The position numbers were made by a program, and so were the translations under genes. Positions 57,612-64,000 of a stretch of 64,000 nt of DNA are shown piece by piece. Source of the DNA: an uncultured Leptospirales bacterium (lineage in GTDB: Bacteria > Spirochaetota > UBA4802 > UBA5550); contig CAZBFP010000021.1 in NCBI GenBank assembly GCA_964491265.1, forward strand, positions 406 through 64,405, written 5' to 3'. Below the pieces are notes generated by a model that was given only the letters and a program-made list of their open reading frames with translations, did not search any database and was not told the origin of the DNA. Every line of letters starts with the position of its first letter. The first letter of the stretch is position 1.

Positions 57612-58165
57612 ATATCTATAACCTGCCTTTTAGTATGTTCCATAGAACCTGAATTATCTATTACATAATCGGCAAGTTTGATTTTTTCATTTAGCGGAAT
57701 TTGATGATCAAGCCTCTCCCGGATCTCATCCCCGCTAATATTATCCCTTTTTATCCCTCTTTCAATAACCTGGTCAGTAAATGCTGTTACTACAATGTTG
57801 CTGTCCATATAGCTGTTAAACCCTGACTCATAAAGAAGAGGTGTATTAACCACATAAATCCCTCTGCCTGAACTTCTTTCCATAACAAGTTTAAGTATGG
57901 CAGGATGGGTAATCCCGTTCAGTTTTTCCACCATAGCAGCATCCCTGAAAACAACAGCCCCAAACTCACGCCTCTTAAGAGAACCATCTTCATTAATAAA
58001 TTCCGCACCGAATTCCAGGGCGATCTGTTTTAAAACATCCCCCCCCGGCTCCATAATCTCCCTTGCAAGCAGATCAGTATCAATTACTTCAGCACCCAGA
58101 TCCTCAAACATTCTGCATACAGTCCCCTTACCTGATGCAAAAATACCTGTAACACCGATTCTCAT
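57578..58165 (-). CDS. coaE: Dephospho-CoA kinase
   Basis: MRIGVTGIFASGKGT P-loop and ITHPAI. Confidence 0.88.
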   Translation of the reverse strand: MRIGVTGIFASGKGTVCRMFEDLGAEVIDTDLLAREIMEPGGDVLKQIALEFGAEFINEDGSLKRREFGAVVFRDAAMVEKLNGITHPAILKLVMERSSGRGIYVVNTPLLYESGFNSYMDSNIVVTAFTDQVIERGIKRDNISGDEIRERLDHQIPLNEKIKLADYVIDNSGSMEHTKRQVIDIWKILSQDRKG

Positions 58166-59718
58166 AAATTCCCCTCTTTAATAAACTGATTTTTCAGCAG
58201 AGAAGAGAGCCAGACCATATCTTTCTCTTCCGGGGATTTACCGCAGGATGCCTGAAGAATCTCCTCTGCAGCCTTTTTATTACACATAATTTCATATATT
58301 CCGGGAAGATTAATCATAGAGCCCATATCCCCCCCCCCCTCTTCTAAAAAACCTCTGATTATCTCCCTGTCCGCCACTCCTTTCCCCCCGGCAAAGTCAT
58401 CAATATTCTCATACTTCACACCTTTAACAGGGAGTCCCCTATTATTGATAAAAGAGATTCCGGGAATCTGCCGCTTCTCAATATAAGACTCAAGGGAATC
58501 CCTGTAACCGACAAAAGATTTTCTTGTATATTTTCCCCCTGACATATAAGCACCACTCGATTTAAAAATATAGGATGCATTAAAACCTTCAGGCGTGGTG
58601 AACCTGTTATTGAAAATCGAGGAATATCTCCTCTGGTAAGCTGTACCCCGGGCATAAATATTATTCCCCGAAAAGGAAAAATCGAATCCTGCCATACCTA
58701 TACTTTCAAATCCGGCGTATAGGCAGAAATTCAGGGCATCCCCCGCAACTGAGCCTGTACCGGAATCGATTGATCCCACCAGTCCCGGATTAAAATCATC
58801 TATAATCTGCGAAACCGGATGGCTGTTAAGGGAAAGATACCCTCCATATCTCTTCACAAGATCGGGATTAGAAACGATAGAAAAAACGCACAAAGTATCA
58901 TTAAGATTTTCACCGAGAAAATGTTCAGAAAGCCTGGGCTGGGGATCAATAGAAATAACAACGTCCGGAATAATACCTTTTGCAGAAAGAACAGGGAGAG
59001 CTGAATCAACAGCAACAATATAAAAAAAATCTTTCAGACGGTCAATGTGGTCAATATAATCTTCAATGGATGGAGCAGATGAGACAATAAGAGCTTTTGA
59101 TCCGGTAAAAGCATTTTTCAACGCAGCTATAGGCGTTACTCTGCTGAAATTACTGAAATTATTCAGCGCATTTCTCAAAAAAAGCCATCCGAAGGCCTTA
59201 ACTGTTGAGCTGTTCCTTGCTTCCCTGTCAATCAGGCGCTTTATAATCCCTCTTGCAGTACTGTAATACTCACCAAAAACCCTTACAGAGGCGCCATGTT
59301 CAAAAACCTGTACGCCGCTTATTAAATTGAAATCAATGTGCGACATTAAATCTTTCTCAAGGAACATCAGATCTTTCCCTGAATAAAATACAATATTCTC
59401 CCCCCGGGCAATAAAAGAGGTGAGCTCATTTTTTAAAATTTCTTTCTCAATCCCGTCAAGTATATCAATTACAATTATTTTTCTGTATTTACTTAATATA
59501 TCTTTTGACTCAATAAGGTGGTAACCGAGAGAGCAGCCAAGTACTATAAGAAGTGAAAATCTTTCAGGATCAAAATCGAAACTGACTTTCTTCCCCTCCC
59601 TGACAGGGTCAAGCCTGCTGTTAAGGGGAACATAGGTGGAACCGCTTTTCACAACAACAATGCTGTTCCCGCTCCGTGAAGTTTCGATTATATATTCTTT
59701 ATCATTTATGCTCATCAC
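58162..59718 (-). CDS. DUF115 (Maf / MptE-like) domain protein
   Basis: KALIVSSAPSIED...VAVDSALPVLSAKGIIPDVVISIDPQ matches the DUF115 core as I recall it. Confidence 0.6.
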   Translation of the reverse strand: MMSINDKEYIIETSRSGNSIVVVKSGSTYVPLNSRLDPVREGKKVSFDFDPERFSLLIVLGCSLGYHLIESKDILSKYRKIIVIDILDGIEKEILKNELTSFIARGENIVFYSGKDLMFLEKDLMSHIDFNLISGVQVFEHGASVRVFGEYYSTARGIIKRLIDREARNSSTVKAFGWLFLRNALNNFSNFSRVTPIAALKNAFTGSKALIVSSAPSIEDYIDHIDRLKDFFYIVAVDSALPVLSAKGIIPDVVISIDPQPRLSEHFLGENLNDTLCVFSIVSNPDLVKRYGGYLSLNSHPVSQIIDDFNPGLVGSIDSGTGSVAGDALNFCLYAGFESIGMAGFDFSFSGNNIYARGTAYQRRYSSIFNNRFTTPEGFNASYIFKSSGAYMSGGKYTRKSFVGYRDSLESYIEKRQIPGISFINNRGLPVKGVKYENIDDFAGGKGVADREIIRGFLEEGGGDMGSMINLPGIYEIMCNKKAAEEILQASCGKSPEEKDMVWLSSLLKNQFIKEGNL

Positions 59719-59772
59719 TTAAATCCCGGCAGATATTCCTTTACATCCGACTTAACTGGATTTTACAGGTAT

Positions 59773-59878
59773 TGTCATTCCCGCGCAGGCGGGAATCTCA
59801 TAACTCCTGATTTTTGCAGGAGATTCCGGCAGTGCAGTCATGATGGCTGCCTACATTATAACTTCGGCCGGAATGACA
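59773..59878 (+). repeat. R2 MITE-like element, copy 2 (106 bp)
   Basis: TGTCATTCCCGCGCAGGCGGGAATCTCATAACTCCTGATTTTTGCAGGAGATTCCGGCAGTGC...CTTCGGCCGGAATGACA. Confidence 0.7.
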
Positions 59879-60001
59879 GATATTCATCCCTTAAATTCTA
59901 CAATCCAGATAAAGGTATTAACCTTCAGCTATTAAAAATATTTTGTTTGTTTTTTTTATTTCCGCTTTATATAATGGATTTAATGTAACGGTTCGGGGAA
60001 A

Positions 60002-60211
60002 ATGGCAATTAAAAAAAAATTATTATATATTAGCGTTTCAGCTCTGATTCTATTCCCCCATTGCAGCAGGGAGAAAGCTAAACAATCCATGATCGATATG
60101 GAGTCAATCCTGCCCGATGGCTCCAGTAATCAGAGATATATTTTCAGGAATGAAATAGAACAGGAAGAGCGGCGTACAAAAAGATATAATCCGGATAAAG
60201 ATAAATTTTAA
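60002..60211 (+). CDS. Small hypothetical exported protein (69 aa)
   Basis: An ORF with an N-terminal hydrophobic segment, directly upstream of htrA. Confidence 0.3.
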   Translation: MAIKKKLLYISVSALILFPHCSREKAKQSMIDMESILPDGSSNQRYIFRNEIEQEERRTKRYNPDKDKF

Positions 60212-60236
60212 TATTTTTCCGCAAGGAGCAGCTTAA

Positions 60237-61373
60237 ATGAAGAGATTATTATTCATAATACCGGCTTTATTGATTATTCTGGCAGCAGGGATTAATCACT
60301 TTTCATGCAGTAAAGATAAACAGGGGTTTCTTTTAGGCAACTCCGGGGAATCGCCCATACGAAAAGAGATTGAGTCCACCAGAGCAGATGAAATACAATC
60401 TGCCTTCCGTAAAATTTTCAAGATGTATGAAGACAGTGTGGTCTACATTACCACTGAGCAGACAGTTCAGATAAGACACCCTTTTTTCGATGATCCCATA
60501 TTAAGAGAATTTTTCGGACGCGACAGAAGAGAGCCCCAGACACAGAAAAGAACAGGCCTTGGCACAGGTTTCATCATATCTGAAGATGGTTATATCTGCA
60601 CCAATCACCATGTAATCAGCGGCGTTGACAAAGTGAATGTTACCGTAAAGGATAAAATATATGAAGCCCGTGTAATAGGATCTGATGAGCGGACAGATAT
60701 AGGGCTTCTTAAAATTGACTCAAAGGAGAAGCTTAACCCGGTATATTTTGGAGACTCCGACATTGTTCAAGTAGGTGACTGGGCTATTGCCATAGGGAAT
60801 CCCTTTGGCCTGGATAAAACTTTTACTGTAGGTGTTATAAGCGCAATCGGGAGAAGAGACGTGGATTTCATGGGAGGCTCGCATATCCAGACAGATGCAT
60901 CGATAAATCCGGGAAACTCAGGCGGTCCCCTTATTAACATATATGGAGAAGTTATTGGAATAAACAGAATGATTTATTCAAAGAGCGGCGGATACATGGG
61001 TATAGGCTTTGCAATACCTATAAATACAGCCAAATCTGTCCTGGTCCAGCTTCAGAAGTATCAGCAGGTAAAAAGAGGATATCTCGGTGTAAGCATTCTC
61101 CCCATATCTGAAAATGATGCAAAGCAGATTGGGCTTGAAAAAAACGAGGGAGCCTTTGTGGCTGAAGTTGTTGAGAAAAGTCCGGCAGCTGATGCAGGGG
61201 TAAGGGTTGGCGATGTTATAGTCCGGATTAATAACAATAATATTAAAGACACCAAAGATCTCCTCAATGTTATTGGCGAGACAAAAGCAGGAGAAACAAT
61301 AACATTGACAATCTGGAGAAACAGACAGCTTATTACCTTAAAAGCAAAAATAAAGGAGCGCCCGGCAAGATAA
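60237..61373 (+). CDS. htrA: HtrA/DegQ-family periplasmic serine protease (trypsin domain + one PDZ)
   Basis: Catalytic triad context TNHHV, D in ERTDIGLLK, GNSGGPL. C-terminal PDZ. Confidence 0.9.
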   Translation: MKRLLFIIPALLIILAAGINHFSCSKDKQGFLLGNSGESPIRKEIESTRADEIQSAFRKIFKMYEDSVVYITTEQTVQIRHPFFDDPILREFFGRDRREPQTQKRTGLGTGFIISEDGYICTNHHVISGVDKVNVTVKDKIYEARVIGSDERTDIGLLKIDSKEKLNPVYFGDSDIVQVGDWAIAIGNPFGLDKTFTVGVISAIGRRDVDFMGGSHIQTDASINPGNSGGPLINIYGEVIGINRMIYSKSGGYMGIGFAIPINTAKSVLVQLQKYQQVKRGYLGVSILPISENDAKQIGLEKNEGAFVAEVVEKSPAADAGVRVGDVIVRINNNNIKDTKDLLNVIGETKAGETITLTIWRNRQLITLKAKIKERPAR

Positions 61374-61511
61374 TTTTCTCTGATATTTCAGATAAATAGA
61401 GCATTGAGAATTATAAAAAAGTTTAGTAATAATTACTGAAGAAAATAACGGGAAATACCGTTAATATGGAATAGATAGTTTTGAAAAATCCATAAAAAAG
61501 ACAGGTTTTTT

Positions 61512-61817
61512 ATGCATGAATACAGTCCCGAGAATAATCTTATGGTAATGTTACTTCTGATAATTCTCACTTTCGGTTTATACTATTTCTGGTGGCTGGC
61601 AAAGGTCAGCAGGATTTTCAGTGATGATCCTGTGATTAACATACTTCTCACAATTTTCACCTTAGGGATCTGGAGCCTATATCTGAATCTTAAGTATATG
61701 CAGAAATCTGAAATGCTGAATGGCAGGGATATGAAATGGTTTATGTTTCTCTTTCTCCCTATTTCGCCCCTTATCATCCAGCACAACATAAATGAAAAAT
61801 TTTTCCCGGGTAGATAA
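61512..61817 (+). CDS. DUF4234-like small membrane protein
   Basis: FGLYYFWWL motif and two TM segments. Confidence 0.55.
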   Translation: MHEYSPENNLMVMLLLIILTFGLYYFWWLAKVSRIFSDDPVINILLTIFTLGIWSLYLNLKYMQKSEMLNGRDMKWFMFLFLPISPLIIQHNINEKFFPGR

Positions 61818-61834
61818 AATCACAGGAGTACATA

Positions 61835-64000
61835 ATGATTGTCAGGTGTAAAAGTTGTAATTCTGCATTTGCTGTGGATGACGAGAAAGTTTCGGGGAAA
61901 AAATTCGCATACAGCTGCCTGAAATGCGGTACAGAAAATATTGTGGATAACCGCATAGATAATATTCACGGGAATGAGGCTGCTTCTCCACTTTCCGGTG
62001 CTGAACCTGACATTAAACCCCGATCTGCAGCTGATGATACATTTGCTGATACCCCTGCTGCCGCTGATGACGATATTTTTTTTGATGAGAATGAGTTTGA
62101 TTCACTAACACCAGACAATAATGAAATCACCGGAAAAGCAGCTTCTGATGAAGAATATGACTTATTTACTGATGATGAAATACTTTCATTTGACGATGAA
62201 TCAGCTGCTCATACAAAAACTGAAACCTCTACCGGTAAAGAGGATTTGATTTTCGATGATCTTGACTCTTCCGGAATATCGATTGAAGAAAGTTCCTTTG
62301 AAGACTCAGATGCTGCTCAACCTGCCGGGAATGAACCTAAGCTGACCCGGCAGGAGGACATAGACGAGCTTTTTGCAGCAATCCCTGACTCTAAAGATAA
62401 AACCCCCTCAGCAGAAGATGAAACCCCTCTGGATCTTAATGAGATTGATCTGGAATTTGAAGACACACCCTCCATTGACATGGAAGATGAAATAGCAGTA
62501 TTTGATGATGAAATAAAATCTGAAGATGATATTGACATAGATCTTGCAGAACTTGACATCGATTTTGATGAGTCAATTGATTTTGAAGATACAGCAGAAT
62601 CATCCGATGGCATTGCAATTGACCTGGATGATGAAATAAGTGAACCGGAAAAGAAAAAATCACCCCCTCCGGATATTGAAGATGCCGGAATATCTGAATC
62701 AGATGAAATTGACCTTGATCTCGATTTTCCCGAAGACTCAATAGATGAGCTATCTGAAAAACCGGGCCATATGGAAGTCACATCTGATGAAGATATAACC
62801 CTTGATCTGAAGGAACTGGACATTGACCTTGATGAATCGGAACTGCCGGAAAGTGACGAAATAGCATCTGATGAATTTGATGAAGACCTTAAGCTCAATC
62901 TGGACGAACTGGACATTGACCTTGACGAAGAGGTTGTTGCAGAATCTGAAGATTTACTTATATCAGATTCAGCGGCAGATGCTGATGATGACCTTACCCT
63001 TAATCTTGACGAACTTGACATAGACCTTGATGAACATATTGCCCCTGCCTCAGGGAGTGAACTCCTGTCAGACTCCCTTTCAGAGGAGGATGAAGATCTT
63101 ACCCTGAACCTCAACGAACTCGATATTGACCTTGAAGATGAAGTTATCAGATCGAGTCTTGAAGAAGTTGAAAGGAACTCTTCATTTGACGAAATAGATG
63201 AGGATGAAAGCATTACAATTGATCTTGATACACTTGATATAGATGTCTCAGACCTTGATGAGGCACAGGATTTTGATTTTCATGATGATGAAGAAAAGCT
63301 CACGATTGAAGATGCAGAGCTGACCTTCCATGAATTAACTGAAGACAAGCACCCCGGAAAAGACAAAGCTTCAATCAAACAGCAGATAAAGGATTCTCTC
63401 GATAATATTGACCCGGAATTTGAACTTCACGCTATTTCAGATGATTCAACAGCGCACGAAACGCACATAATTGATACAATAGATGAACTCCCTGAAATAG
63501 ATCTGGATGAGTATGAAGAATTCCTTTCGGAAAAACAGCCCGATTCTCAAAGAGCTCATCCACTGAATGTAGATAAATTAGCTGATGACATAAATTTTGA
63601 TGACATAGAAATTATCCCCATAGATGATGATCTTGACATCTACACTTCAGAAGATGAAATATCCGATAATTATATATCAGGAAGAGGAACAACTACCCTT
63701 TCAATAGATTTCTCTTTAAAGTATTCCCGCTTTGAGGCTCTATTGCGCCTTACCGGACTATATTTCTTAACCCTCATACCCCAGTTTATAGTACTGATTG
63801 TTTACACAGTAATCTCTATTATTCTTGGATTTATTAATCAGGTGGTAATCCTCTTTACAGGTCACTGTGTAGAGGATTTCTCCCAGATAACAGAAAACAC
63901 TCTCAGATCTCTGATTTACATTAAAACAAATATAACCGGGATTGTTGAAGACCGCCCTGTTTTCTCAGGAAGACCTGATATCAATCATCAGCTTCAGCTC
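61835..64000 (+). CDS. Zn-ribbon (MJ0042-type) / long acidic repeat region / DUF4389-like membrane domain protein; 3' end outside window; absent from ORF track
   Basis: ATG 61835 is preceded by AGGAG. I checked 722 codons in frame to nt 64000 and found no stop. N-terminus MIVRCKSCNSAFAV...YSCLKCGTEN. At least 7 copies of D.tLnLdELDIDLDE. C-terminus RLTGLYFLTLIPQFIVLIVYTVISIILGFINQVVILFTGH. Confidence 0.85.
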   Translation, partial: MIVRCKSCNSAFAVDDEKVSGKKFAYSCLKCGTENIVDNRIDNIHGNEAASPLSGAEPDIKPRSAADDTFADTPAAADDDIFFDENEFDSLTPDNNEITGKAASDEEYDLFTDDEILSFDDESAAHTKTETSTGKEDLIFDDLDSSGISIEESSFEDSDAAQPAGNEPKLTRQEDIDELFAAIPDSKDKTPSAEDETPLDLNEIDLEFEDTPSIDMEDEIAVFDDEIKSEDDIDIDLAELDIDFDESIDFEDTAESSDGIAIDLDDEISEPEKKKSPPPDIEDAGISESDEIDLDLDFPEDSIDELSEKPGHMEVTSDEDITLDLKELDIDLDESELPESDEIASDEFDEDLKLNLDELDIDLDEEVVAESEDLLISDSAADADDDLTLNLDELDIDLDEHIAPASGSELLSDSLSEEDEDLTLNLNELDIDLEDEVIRSSLEEVERNSSFDEIDEDESITIDLDTLDIDVSDLDEAQDFDFHDDEEKLTIEDAELTFHELTEDKHPGKDKASIKQQIKDSLDNIDPEFELHAISDDSTAHETHIIDTIDELPEIDLDEYEEFLSEKQPDSQRAHPLNVDKLADDINFDDIEIIPIDDDLDIYTSEDEISDNYISGRGTTTLSIDFSLKYSRFEALLRLTGLYFLTLIPQFIVLIVYTVISIILGFINQVVILFTGHCVEDFSQITENTLRSLIYIKTNITGIVEDRPVFSGRPDINHQLQL

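Noticed and set aside
62317-63213. 298-aa Ser-rich ORF (and nested 62436..62741) on the minus strand
   Set aside because: It is antisense to the Asp/Glu-rich repeat region of the long plus-strand gene starting at 61835. GAN-rich codons read in reverse give TCN/Ser runs. It has no RBS and no plausible protein features.
1-64000. CRISPR arrays, tRNA and rRNA genes
   Set aside because: The recurring repeats (R1-R3) are dispersed single copies, not regularly spaced arrays. I saw no cloverleaf-type or rRNA-like sequence by eye, but a tRNAscan, Infernal or CRISPR-finder run is required to be sure.

Overview
64 kb of bacterial chromosome, probably from a Gram-negative-type anaerobe; the organism was not identified. 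All family calls come from motifs read by eye and recalled from memory; no searches were run.

Layout:
(1) 1-3.4 kb: a decayed type I R-M locus. It holds 5'-truncated hsdM, a rhuM-like passenger gene, a 21-codon hsdS stub and a C-terminal hsdR fragment.
(2) 3.4-9.7 kb: a markedly AT-rich accessory island. It contains a solitary PD-(D/E)XK nuclease gene and a tight five-gene minus-strand operon. The operon encodes a small protein, a tandem Cys/His mini-protein, a WG-repeat protein, a DEDDh exonuclease and a DnaA-domain-III-only ATPase. It diverges from a WYL-type regulator gene. This is my best candidate for an undescribed defence-like system.
(3) 9.8-16.3 kb: housekeeping genes (argB, UDP-sugar pyrophosphorylase, mntP, CBS-type family II pyrophosphatase, CDP-alcohol phosphatidyltransferase, radical SAM).
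(4) 16.5-32.4 kb: a formate hydrogenlyase regulon. It comprises a LuxR-type response regulator, an OFA-family MFS transporter, a soluble histidine kinase, and an 11-gene operon fdhF-hyfABCEFGHI-hycH-hycI. fdhF contains an in-frame UGA selenocysteine codon that the ORF track splits into two ORFs.
(5) 32.6-61.8 kb: queE, two ABC systems, sensor kinase, U32 and M3B peptidases, crotonase, RCK K+ channel, Kelch lipoprotein, htpX, Pit/PhoU-like pair, SPOR protein, coaE, DUF115 protein, htrA.
(6) 61.8-64.0 kb: a long open-ended plus-strand gene (Zn-ribbon, acidic repeat region, DUF4389-like membrane domain). It is absent from the ORF track, which lists only its antisense artefacts.

Three dispersed intergenic repeat families and one IS1182-like transposase remnant are present. 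No rRNA, tRNA or CRISPR array was recognised by eye.
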